Shown here piece after piece: positions 47,639 through 64,000 of a stretch of 64,000 bases of DNA. The notes beneath the pieces were generated by a model, which was not told where the DNA came from, did not search any database, and saw only the letters and a list, made by a program, of their open reading frames with translations. The DNA comes from Ophelia neglecta (lineage: Eukaryota): NCBI GenBank assembly GCA_965285935.1, contig OZ260664.1, positions 48,856,001-48,920,000 of the forward strand, in the 5' to 3' direction. Position 1 is the stretch's first letter. Each line of letters opens with the position of its first letter. The position numbers and the translations under genes are program-made.

Positions 47639-49058
47639 CTGAAAGTCACATAGATGGCACAAAAATGTACTTACTAGATTACAGAAGAAAGCCGTCACGT
47701 AAAGAATTACAATTTGCAGAAAATAAGCTTCGGTACCAGAAATCATTAATCATTTTGCAGGTGACGTCGTGCAAAGGCGTTGTCCGTAAAAGTCGCAGAC
47801 GCCAGTTCGAGTATTTTATATCATGGTATTTATCATTTATTTTGCATACTCTGTCTATTGCCAAACCTTCAGTAAGGCATATATCAAAGCACACCTTTAT
47901 ACTTCTTAGTGTCATTGTGTACTTGAACAAAATCATCTAATTTTTTGATCGTTTGAGATCTCGGTCAAGATTTTCTATGCATGGCCACTTTGCCGATTGT
48001 AATGTAGATAGTGAACAAGCAATAACGGTTTACTGCAGTATGAAATATAGTTGAAATATATCCCTTATCCCCCAAATTATTCCGAACAGAACAATTCCGT
48101 GGAAAAAAAGAGACATGCGGGCAGGAAAGGCTAATAACCTTTAAGCGTTGGCCATTATATAGGAGTTCAATTTGTAAATTGAATAAACACACAACTCAAG
48201 TATGTGTTGAAAACGTTATATTATGAATGGTCCAAAATCAAATCGTTTACAAGGGTGGGACCTATTCTGCCCACCTATTTGTACATAAATGTTCCAAACT
48301 TTTTCTGTGTAACCTGTTCCTCTTTTTGTTAAGAATTTCTGCTGCAAGGTACATGTTCATAATTTCTGAGCACAATCTGCTCTGGCAGTAGGTAATAGAG
48401 CGATTTTCATAATTAAGCAGTAAACCTCAATAACCAGAGTGGCTATTCTGTGTTCTACACTGTCGATACGAACACGGCCGATACAACTTTTCTATACAAT
48501 TGAGCACACAACTGTCCGATTATGAATTCTATAAAAAGCAGGCATATGCCGAAATGAGATAGAAATCACAAAGTAGACATAAGTCCGCAACACTAAATAC
48601 AGGAAAGAAACGTGCACACACAGAAATATTAACGGTTTTGGCAAAGAGATGTATTCATTTTGTTAATGATTCGATGAGTAAGTGTTCGAATATGAAGTGG
48701 GTCGTTAACGCTATGGAAAATCATTAATCATAATTTGGGAAACATCTAAGTAGGACTTAGGTAAATACGTAAAATATCGGGCCTAGACAGGCTTGTACAG
48801 AGATCGACTATTATATTAACTATATGCCTACGTTAAAGTATCTCCCGTTTCTCATATCATGCTATAACGAGCTCATTTTCTATCTTTCCTTCATTAAACA
48901 CTGCAGCAGGATCAAGACATACGTGACCGGAAGTTATTTGAATACGGTCTTTTTAACAAGCAATAAAGAAAAAGAAGGTCAAGCCACAGTTTTTATTGAA
49001 GCATATACGTGTATGCATATAAGCTGAGCGCATTTATCAACTTACAACGTGCCCATAC

Positions 49059-49133
49059 CTATATGGTGCCGTCTTTCCGGTCGTGGTGGCCACCAATCTT
49101 GGCCCAGGACACATTGTCGGTGAACCAAGGCGG
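49059..49133 (-). CDS. Candidate upstream 75-nt exon of the FAMeT-repeat gene (possible end of signal peptide)
   Basis: attcag|...|gtatgg, phase 1-1, reading xALVHRQCVLGQDWWPPRPERRHHI. It is frame-compatible with the D1 acceptor at 47638. Confidence 0.4.
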   Translation of the reverse strand, partial: PPWFTDNVSWAKIGGHHDRKDGTI

Positions 49134-49463
49134 CTGAATATTAAATGTCGAGATTTCAACACAAGCTATCAGAATAATATTTAGAATAACATAAATAAGG
49201 TGAAACCTATAATCATTGGGAAACGAATAAAAAACACTCGTGCACATTTGCTAACATTTTTAAGCGGAATATACAGACGAAATTGCGGTAGGATACCAAC
49301 AACTCTCCGATGTTTTCATATAGATATAGAGACAAAAATGGATGGATAAAAATTGCTTTGCTTCGACCCTTAATAAACAGTCGAATGACAAAATCTGTAT
49401 TTCATATATATATTAGTAGTCAAAGACAAGTAGTTAGGCCTAATGGCAAATAGGTACACGTAA

Positions 49464-49610
49464 TACAGTAAAACCTGGCCTAAAGGACACCTGACAATTA
49501 GGGACACACTGACGATTAAGGACATTGTATTTAGAACAGTTGTAATACCCTACATGTAAAGTAACCTGTAAAATAATGACAACTGAGAAAAGAGGACAGA
49601 TTTCCCATTT
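49464..49610. mobile_element. Tc1/mariner (pogo-like) MITE fragment
   Basis: TA + CAGTAAAACCTG start followed by repeated AGGACA subterminal motifs. The other end was not found. Confidence 0.4.
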
Positions 49611-51918
49611 TTAGTAAGCCATTTAACCATGCCTGAAGTCTTGGCCACAGGCTGTAGTTCCTGATCCATGTTTTTAATTTAAAATGCAAGATTTAAAAGT
49701 GTTGATATATAAGCTCATAATACAAATTCAAATGGTGTCTGTCTCTATGCACCGCCGCATTGCGCATGCCGAATGCAAGTAAAAGCGTTATATTCCATAC
49801 ACAGTTACATATGGAAATACCTAACTAATTAATGAACAATCAAGAAATGCAATTGCATTTCTATAAAACCTTTCACGGTGTCTTAATCACGTAATATAAG
49901 AAATTCAACACACCTGCAACAACAACTAAAGGTAGAAGTATTCCATTCATCGTGGTACTGCGATTATGAGTTATCGAGGCGATCAAATAAGAAAAAATGG
50001 AGCAATTTTTTTCACATATTGCCTTTTGTTCTGGTTCTTAGTCATGAAATGGTAGACGGGTATAAACAATATATGAACAACTTCTCTCATCGCCAACCAC
50101 GTAGATTGCTATCAGTATCAAACTTTGCCCGCGGTCTGTTCGGCTCGGGACACTGAGACAGCCTACGCTACATGACATTGTACATGACTTGAAAACTGCT
50201 ACAATCTCACCTGCATGGTTCAAAGGGGGCTGATTTATCAAGGTGAAGATCACAGTTGACTCTTATCGGTAGATTGCGCGAATGCTTCCCAGTCCCGAAC
50301 AGTATTGTCTAGCATAGTTAAGGAACTCATTGCTCAGTGGAGTTGTTTGGTATATACAAAAACACATTTATGCGCGCTTTCATAAGGGCAAATATGACAG
50401 CAATATCTCAATTATTCTGTTGTTTATTATCCAAGCCGTTATGCGGACAGCACTACTTTATAAAATACAAATCGGTTCCCTCACAACCACTTTGCCGTGA
50501 CCTATTTACTCTTTATATTTTTCTATGCTATAATTCATAAAGTAAAGGATGTGTTTTTTGTCAAATTCAAATAGATCTACTGCGGATTGTTTTTAGCCAT
50601 TCACATGTCTGCTGATGGAAATGGTTTTCTAATATTATCCATAGTACTAATAATAATTCTTGCTGTCAGGCTTACGTTATCGCGGATGGTTTGTTACTAC
50701 TTTAATCAGTGAAACACCATAGGCTCAGCGCACCTATTTATCCACTATGATAGAGCCACAATAAACAACGTGCGTGTGTTCCATTTTAAATAAAGGAAAA
50801 GTTGTAACTTTATTGCATCTTCGAATGCAGATCATCCGGAATGGGGGGGGGGGAGCGTGGGTTTTTTTCGCAAGATCTTGTGTTCTGGGTGTAATGGTTT
50901 TTTTTGTCCATGAGAGGGAGGGTTTTAAAAACATTTCCCCCCACCCCCACCCATACCCAAACCCTTCCCACCTCTGCAGGAAGATTTCTGGAACATTCCT
51001 CAACTAGATATTAATTCCAGTGATTCGACTATCTAACTAAATAACTTCGAAGAAAGTACTTTCGATATACAACAAAACTTTTCTTTGATTGTTAATTAAT
51101 TCTTGCTATCAGAAAAAGCTAATTAAGTAGAGCCCGTGGTTATATATTGCAATGACACGGAAATAAATTTGGGAGTGCTGTATAGAGGGACGCTTGCGGG
51201 GGGTCAAAGGCTCTGCGGGGTCTTTGATAGGGGGTGGCGTAGGGGAGTCATAGAATTGCACGTCTCTGACAGGGGGAGGGTGCATACACGTTTCAGCGGA
51301 GCTTAAGCACCTCCCCGCCCCCACCTCCTCCCTCTCGTAGTAAAAGACCACCACCTCACTTGACTAATTAATAAGAAATCAACAACCAAAGCTCCGAGCA
51401 GTTAACCTCAGTTCCCTCCTGTGGTCAAACGCATCCACTGTACGCTTTTTGCTATTTCATTGGATGTTGTTTGATTTAATAATCTTTAAAATAAACTTTG
51501 GCTGACATTTTGGCGAAACCACACTAGGCATAACTAAACTCTCTTATAGAAACCAGCACACGTAGAACACTAAGATATATAATGTCCCGACACGGTTTCA
51601 GAGGATATCAATGTTTGGTCGGGACTTTTAACGACGGTCTCTAAGGGTTTGCTTTTGAGCCTAACTGGGTGTAATGACTCCCCACCAATTTTTCAATGCT
51701 TGCTTCTTATCACAAGGCAACCAATTTTCTTCGTTAAATCTATTTGACATCCAATAGGTGAATGGGCTTTGTTAAACAAACAGTGGCAAATATACACTTC
51801 ATTAAACCATACAACCGAGAGTGAACCCTTGAGCTCATTTTTCCAGGATTAAATAACCCAACTCTTACTAATAGGCCCTCCGGTATAGTTAGATTGGCTA
51901 CCTAAGGAACACTCCAAA

Positions 51919-54900
51919 ATGAAGAGACAAGTTGTGCTCTTGATGACGTTCTTGTTTCACCTTTTACCTACAAAAGTATATACAAGTAGGTTTTATATTA
52001 TGTATTTATTAATGATCCCTAATGATTAAGGTTTGAGTTAATATTATAGGGCCAGGTAGGTTATATATGTTCTTTTTTTATCTAGATATGATATCATATG
52101 GGACTTGGATATTATATTTCTTACAACGCAGCGCTTCTTGGTCATTTTACCACAGGTGACCTTTCGCAGATATCGGCTTAGGCCTATATATATATAGAAA
52201 AATCCAAGGAAAATTATAGCCTAATCTCGAGGATTGAATTAACCGAGGGAAATGGCTCAATTGACACTTGACTGTAGCCCAAGTCTTCACTTCTTATAGA
52301 AAACTTTTGCACTAATAAAGCCAATTTACTATAATGAGCTAATTACATGTTTTCCCTAGTTTCTATACTTTCATTTGTTCATGTGATCTTTAACGTTGTT
52401 TCAAACATTTTGATTATAATTCTAGATTTACAATGAAATATTATCCTGTCAGGCCAGGATTGGTTCTTGGCATTTCGCAAGAAAAATGCAACGCCCATAA
52501 TGTCCAAGTCCCAGCATTGTCATATTTTTTTCTGAAATGTTTTTGGGCGAGTAGTGTAACAGTGCGAAAACAAAACACTGGTCATTTTCAACACACCAGC
52601 GTGATTTTTTCCAGCGGTATGTATTGGTGGGCAGGCTGACATCGTCTTTTTGCTAGACAGCTCCGCTAGCTTAGGTGAAGGTCACTTTGAAATCATCAAA
52701 GGATTTACGCATAATTTGACGCTTGCTTTGGACGTGAAAACCGATGCTGTTCAGATTGGGGTAATCAAGTTTAATTGGGATGCCAACCATGAGATACTCC
52801 TGGACGACTACTCCGACGGTGAAACTCTGAGGGAAGCCATAAGTAAGCTTAATTCAATAATCATCTGCGCTTCCGGAGAATTGCAAATTAAATGAATGGT
52901 TTATTAATTGTTAATTACGTCTATCACCCTCTAGTTCCTTACTTAAGAAATGGCAGAAAAAAAATTAATGTTACAACGTGTAAACAAATTATCAATCTTA
53001 TGAATTATGGATACTTGTGTTAGAAAATAACAATTTTAAACGTACCGGTGAATTATTCTAATTAAGAAAACTAGGCTTGCACAATGTCATTCCATCCCTC
53101 TGAGCTAATGGTTAGTAAAGGAATGCATCTTTTATTTTAAATGTGATAATTACCGTTTCACAGATAATATAACCTACACATTGGGGCTGACCTACATAGA
53201 TAAGGCGCTAAGGCTTTTGCGCGAGGAGGCCTTCACTTCAGAGAATGGAGGGCGTGGTCGGGCGGTACCTAAAATAGGAATTGTCATCACGGACGGCAAC
53301 TCTACGGACGCCACTAGTACATGGTAACAAAAACGTAGTCGAAATGCAAACGCGAGTATTCATGAACCATTTTCTTTCACTGTGCATGCGTGACCCAATT
53401 AGTCAATTGCTTCATTGCCACAGCCGTGGTAGGCGCCCGGGGGTAGGCGTCAAAACTGCAGCGGGACAAGACACCACATGAAATCTTACACAGTTATGGT
53501 GGATCATCCAATGTCATGTATTTGTTTGAAGTTTACTTTCAAGATAAAAAAAAATACATATACCAATTACAAAAAATAAACATAAAGAACACTGAATTTA
53601 CTCTATTATTTCATTGAAAACTAAAAGAAGCCTTACTCGTCCCGTTGACAATTAATGGTTCCCCTGATTAAGGGTGTGGTTTTCTATTTAAAAATTGCAA
53701 TATCATCAAAACACGCGGCTTTTCTCTGTAGCCGATGAGGCTTGTTGAAAACGCATTGGTCTCAAATTAGATAATCATTAAACATTCCGAGGATAAATGA
53801 CCGGCTGACTAGAGATACTTAATGGCCCTTTATGCTGTTAAATTCCCGACCGATTTCTCTTTAATGTAGCAACTACATGTATACTAATACAGTAAGTGGT
53901 GTGAAAGTTCAGAAAATAATATTCCTTGATGTACAAGAACAATTAAGTTATGTTAAAACAAATGTTATGGGCACTTTCTTGTTACACTTTCATGCAAGGC
54001 GACCGACCATTTAATGATATTTAATGTAATTGTAATAGAGTTTTGAAATTACGAACAGGCCAATTAAAGTAGAGAAACACAACTTAATCAAATAGGCGTT
54101 ATTTTCCCTGGTTCCTTTGAATAAGAAGGGGTTTCGTCGCCACTAAAATAATAGAAAAGTTATGACGTTAAGTGTGGCTGAAAGTAATAATGTCATCGCT
54201 ATCTTATTTTGAATTTAGGGAGCAATCCAGTCTAGCTAAAGCGGACAACATCACCTTGTTTGCTATTGGTATAGGTCAGACCAACAATGAGGAGCTTCGA
54301 GAAATTGCTACTGACCCGGACGAAGATTATGTGTATCACGTTACAGATTTTAGTGACCTCCAGACAGTAGAGGATGAAATTACGGAGAGGGCATGCAAAG
54401 GTGATTTGATTATTTGTTCCGTAAGTTTTGATTGGAATTTATAAGCAAATGTGGAACTTTTAAAAGTATTGCAAATGCCACCAACATATTAAAAAACGAG
54501 ACCACTCTGTGTAATGTTAAACAATAAATTCCCACCTTTTTTCGCAAACGTCCAGTTGCAAAAGGCAAGCCTTGTCAGACTTACATATGTCGAATTCTCA
54601 GCGGCTTGGAAGGGGACAGGGACAATGGAGCGAGTGCTCGCCGTGGCACTTTAACTTACATCGTCATTTTTTCGGGTGAGCCATTGAATTAATCAAGATT
54701 TATACATAAAACCTTGTCAAGGCTAATACGCAGCTGTATATACTAATTTTTCAGGCAATAACAGTTAATAAAAGTGCTTATAAAGGAAAGAATGAATATC
54801 ACTGTAAAATAATTAGATTGAAAATTATAATTATATTGAAAAATTACTAATCATGATAGTAATAACACCCATTAATTGTTAATATATATTTAGGCCTTTG

Positions 54901-55117
54901 TTTAATTCTTCAACAAAAAATGTCGATAGACCATTGCCCATCGTTGTTTAAAACCAGTGTTGTTTGTCTGATGAATCAGATATACATATTTTGTCGAATA
55001 ATGGTGTTAAGCCCTGAAGTTAAAGCACTCTAATTATGGCTACTATTGATTCTATTGTTATCATTCATTTCAGTGATATTTCTGGTCCTGCTGGAAAGTA
55101 ATGGAATTTCTATGTGA
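51919..55117 (+). CDS. Secreted single von Willebrand factor A (VWA) domain protein, ~226 aa (matrilin/collagen-type VWA)
   Basis: Exons 51919-51985 (signal-peptide-like MKRQVVLLMTFLFHLLPTKVYT), 52615-52842, 53164-53323, 54219-54400, 55074-55117. Motifs ADIVFLLDSSAS, GLTYIDKAL, IVITDG and LFAIGIG give an intact MIDAS. AATAAA at ~55148. The last exon is the least certain. Confidence 0.9.
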
Positions 55118-55276
55118 GGTAAGAAGACGCGCCACTTCCACATGTGACATTGTCAGTCCTGAAGATAAATAAAAGCCATCCTATGACTCTCTGGGAAAAG
55201 TGGTATTCCTAGATCTATGCAAGTGTAACGTTACAACGCGACCCTAGAAAACTTTCCAAATTATTCAGAGTGACCA

Positions 55277-55676
55277 CAAACAAGAAAACTGGAAGATACC
55301 AGGAGCAAGAACGCCATTACTGACTTATCATACATTATTTACATTTTCCTTCTTTTATTTCATTTTTTTACTGAAGAAAAATTATTCACTTATTTCTTAT
55401 ATGCCTATCCATACCTCAAAGCTTCATTACATGTAGGTTGGCAACAGAAATACACTTTAATTTCCAATAAATGCATGATCTTTTCTTTTGTTTTTAAATT
55501 CAACGAACAATAACTCAAAAAAGTAAGGTCATCTTAGAACACTTGGAAAAAAGTGACAAAGCAAAACCCAAGGGGGAAAACAGACGAACAAACGGTTGCA
55601 TGGACAGGGGTATTTCTGTCTCTCACCCCCACCCCCATCTCACCACCGACGAAATCGGGTTGAAAAGACACAATAA
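55277..55676 (+). mobile_element. Helentron-like non-autonomous element remnant (HINE type)
   Basis: AACAAG start, degenerate ACAGACG/ACGG microsatellite near 55580-55606, then a C-tract, a short hairpin CCGACGAAATCGG and a terminal ACAATAA. Confidence 0.45.
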
Positions 55677-57781
55677 GGTATGGATTCCGAGTACTAGTAA
55701 AACAGCTCGGTTGTTCATAATATCCTGTCAGAGATCATGCTGTTTAACGCTATCGAGTTCTCAATGTATATTCGAAACATAAAAAGAGAAAGTTCAACTT
55801 AACCCAAGAGTTGAAATGAGATCTTATATCATAAATGCATCAAACAATTATTATACATAAACCACTTTGAGTTTTATAGATATAACCTACTTCAAGAATG
55901 AGTTTTAAATTAATGTATCAAACCTGGAAAAAAAAGAAAACATTAACATGTCCACTCTATTACCCTCATATATAATAAAATACAATTACATTACTGAATA
56001 AAAAAAATCTAATTGCATAAATTGCCATCAAAACATCAATTAAATATCATTAAGTGCATATCGGTACGGCCATATTTTTTCATATAGCTATGTGTTTTTG
56101 CCAACTCTGTTACAATTCACTCTGTATATATTAATAGATCTATATATTAGTGATAAGCGGTGTCTTAATATCATAGAGGGAGGCAGTCACCGGATACAGC
56201 AAGAGGAGCCAAGTTCACATAAATATCGGCAATGAAGGATTTAAGACCTTCGAAAAATGAGAGTAGTGCATTCATTTACCTGAAAGGTAGTGGGATAGGT
56301 GCCTCATCCAAGATGGAGGAGGGGGGGGAGGGAGGGGGCACTGGCATGCTAGGGGTTTCCAGTGACCAAGGTAGTCACAGGGTATAGATAAGACACCATC
56401 CAGGTTGAGAACCGAGACAAGGACAATATCTCGATTTTGAAAGACGGCCTGTATAGATGGTATCATATGTAATCCCAAGGGCTCTAAAATGTGGATTTTA
56501 AATGGTCAAATCAATAAAAATAACAATGGGTATCATGGTAGTTTTAAATCATTTTATTGAATGTGTGATATGTTTTTTTCAGTGGTACATTTTCATAAAT
56601 ATACTATGGAGGTTATGACATTTTAATCATAAACTGATGTGACATTAGCTAAATATAAAAGATGGTTCCACACAAATATTGGTGATTTGCACATAGGACT
56701 CCCTATAAATTACAGCAAAACTATATATTACCTGTACATATATACATATTGACACTTGTAAAAGCCAATTGGCCCGTGGTTAAACTGTCATGTGTGTGAC
56801 TACTTACAGACTAAGTTTTCCTCTAAATAATGTTTGCACTTGTATTATCATTGAATATTTACTATTTTATTTACTTAGTCTTTGCTCTGAAGAACAAAAG
56901 GTTCATGAACTTGGTCCCTTTTCCCCCACATGGGAGAGAATAATTTTAAAGAAATTTGGCTAACCTGTTTATCCAAACCAAATACAGACATTGTCAGTAT
57001 TATAGCTCATGAAGCAACTGGTTTGTCACACTACATAATTTTGCACTTAACAGTTTCTAAAACCTTTCAATGTTTAAGATTTAACACAAAATAGTAGACC
57101 CTAAAAATTCCAAATGATACTCAGACAACTGACCAGAGATGTGACCTTCAATATAAAATAAATTCCAATTGAAATGTTAATTGCACTGCAGTTACTGCCA
57201 GGAATAAAAGTTTTTCATGATGCACTTTAAAAAAAGGCAATGGCTATACACTGAGCAGTTTTCAGAATATGTAAATTAAAATCAACCTTGTGCATATATC
57301 AAAGACATATGGTTACCCGTGCATAATGAAAGTACATTGGGTTGGATAAATAAACAATGTGTATTATTGTTGGAACTACTTCAGTTATAAATACTTGTTA
57401 AAACACTGATTACTTTCACACAATTACTTGATAATTCTCTATAAAACACATGCTTCACACTTTTCAATTTTTTCTGCACAACACTGCCACTCAAAATGGA
57501 CGGCCGTACAATTGTGTTTACAATAAAAGTGTTCCACTTTGCCTGGTGTCAACACAAATAACTCATATGTATTAATGATCACAGCTCCTTCATGATTTCC
57601 TTAAATAATATATAGACCTATATTATTGGCACATGACAAACAAACATTTGGCAGAAATCTGTCTTCACAGCAGATTAACATTCTGACTGGAAGGGTTTAT
57701 GTCAGCCTATTTAACACAATATCCAAATATTGAGTGACAAGATAATCAAGAGAATAAACCACAGATCGGATAATTAACCCA

Positions 57782-62307
<4,526 letters not shown>

Positions 62308-63056
62308 CTGAAAGAACAAAAAGGTTGGGCCTGCTGTGATTATAGGAATAAAAAGAGTTGAAGGATGCAATTAAATCATGAGAATATGTAACCAATAAAA
62401 ATGGAATAAACTTTAAATAAGTAAGTAATTAATAAGAATTAAAATAACACTGCTCTAGGTTCTATTCAAAGTAATGACTTAGGTTCATTTACTCTTATTG
62501 ATATTTTGCACCTAGCTCGCAGACTACTGTAAATAAAGGACTTATAAAAATACTAGACTTTTTTTTGCAATACAATATCTAATGAGTTCATTGTTTGCAT
62601 ATACCAGTACAGTGTACATAATATCCCTTACAACAGGTAAGTGGCAATCTTATACTGCAATTGGTGTTGTATGTTTGCAGATTTTTGCACACAGATTGTC
62701 AAATACAGAATGTTTACTAAATAGAGTTTTTGAGCTTAAAATATACATAAATTGCATATGGAAGTTAACCCAAAACAATAAATTTTACGACAATCGCTCT
62801 GTCAGTCATGAGAAAGCCATGACCCCAAAGCTGTTCGAGGATGTGCTGCCAGAGGTTGTTACACCCTACCCTTAAAATGTGAAAATTTAAGGGCATTTAT
62901 TTTCCCAAATTGGCTATATAGCTATTTATAATGGGGTAGAGGCTGTTTTGAACTCTTTCGTATGGCAATATGTATATCCCCCCACCCCCATCCCCCCCCC
63001 TGGACTCAGTCATGGAAAGTTAAAATAACCCAATAATGATACATTACAGTGCACTA

Positions 63057-63090
63057 CCCGACGAGGGTAATTCAAGTTACCCTCGTCGGG
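63057..63090. repeat. Perfect 14-bp inverted repeat with a 6-nt loop
   Basis: CCCGACGAGGGTAA-ttcaag-TTACCCTCGTCGGG. Confidence 0.9.
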
Positions 63091-63510
63091 AAAATGGCGG
63101 CCCGGGAAGACCCAAGGTTCGAATTTTACTCTTTTCAGCGCGAAAAACGATCTCTTTTCTAATAACAAGTTACACGCTGATACATTATAGTATTTAAATA
63201 TAAACTAGGTTGTTACTAAAAACTGGCTTCTTGAAATAACGATGTATGCAGCCGAAGAAGATCGCCCGAATGACGAAGGTAATTGCGATAGTCTTTTATC
63301 GTGATGATAAGGGTAATTTGTATGTATGACGAGGGTTACTACGCATTTTGTACACCATGATATCTTGTACCTTAAACGTATTTCAGTGCTTTGAAAGGGA
63401 CTGAAGTGGCAGTCATGGAGGTAAGTTGGAATTATAAATATGACCTTAAAACTATGATTTATACGGATAGCGCTGTCCTACGATAGCATGTTACCGTGGA
63501 TCAATGTGTG

Positions 63511-63532
63511 TATATATATATATATATATATA
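63511..63532. repeat. (TA)11 microsatellite
   Basis: Directly visible. Confidence 0.95.
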
Positions 63533-64000
63533 CCTGTGTCTTTCTTTTAAGGAAACACTAAGTGAACCTCTCGGTATTTTTAGTATAAAATTAAGCGTTA
63601 TTTTCTCGCATGTTCTGATAAGTACAGCCATTCGAATTCACATAATACATGAATTTTCAAAACATTCTTAAATTAACCTCTTATAATGAAATCGTTTTGT
63701 AAGTTTTTCTTTCAAATTTAAATGTTTATACTAACCCGTTCATATAATGTTTGTGCCTGGCAAGTTTCAAATACCATAGCTAGGCTATTGTCATGGTTAA
63801 ACAGCAAAAGATGATAGTAGCGTTTTAATTATATTCGCACAATTTTTCACAGAATACAAAATATGAATGTATTACACTAGTAAATAGTTTAAACACAAGC
63901 ATACAGCCCAGATTTCCTAATTATTTGTTCATATAGGCCATTATGTTCCCGGGAATACCTCCTGTGAATTATGAGCGTATGTTCTTTCATATTGATCCCG

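Noticed and set aside
63533-63575. Candidate ARL13B first exon next to the (TA)n tract
   Set aside because: No ATG or N-terminal Cys motif in the frame needed for the phase-2 junction. The real exon is probably beyond 64000.

Overview
This is AT-rich, intron-containing animal DNA, most likely from a marine invertebrate (lophotrochozoan or ambulacrarian); I cannot identify the species. Genes from left to right: (1) a very long ankyrin-repeat gene (-) that runs off the left edge, with one frame break at ~2380; (2) a single-exon ~498-aa disordered ORF (-) ending in a PP1-docking-like RVxF motif; (3) ZNF593/Bud20 (+, 3 exons); (4) a DUF7153-like gene (+); (5) a ~13.4-kb locus (-) encoding ten tandem farnesoic-acid-O-methyltransferase-like (Methyltransf_FA) domains; (6) a divergently oriented secreted single-VWA gene (+); (7) ARL13B (-, first exon not found in the window). 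Repeats include a ~41-bp minisatellite, a Harbinger transposase fossil, Harbinger-like non-autonomous elements, hAT-type MITEs and a Helentron-like element. The most striking structure is locus 5. Four upstream domains are followed by three intact, deeply diverged cassettes, each [domain A]-[domain B]-[Pro/Thr stalk + TM + cytoplasmic tail + stop], all joined by phase-1 splice sites. This suggests one cell-surface receptor gene with three alternative membrane-proximal/C-terminal modules; two tails end in a YxRF endocytosis-type motif and the third lacks it. All exon models were read by hand from GT/AG sites and reading frame; family names come from recalled motifs, not database searches.
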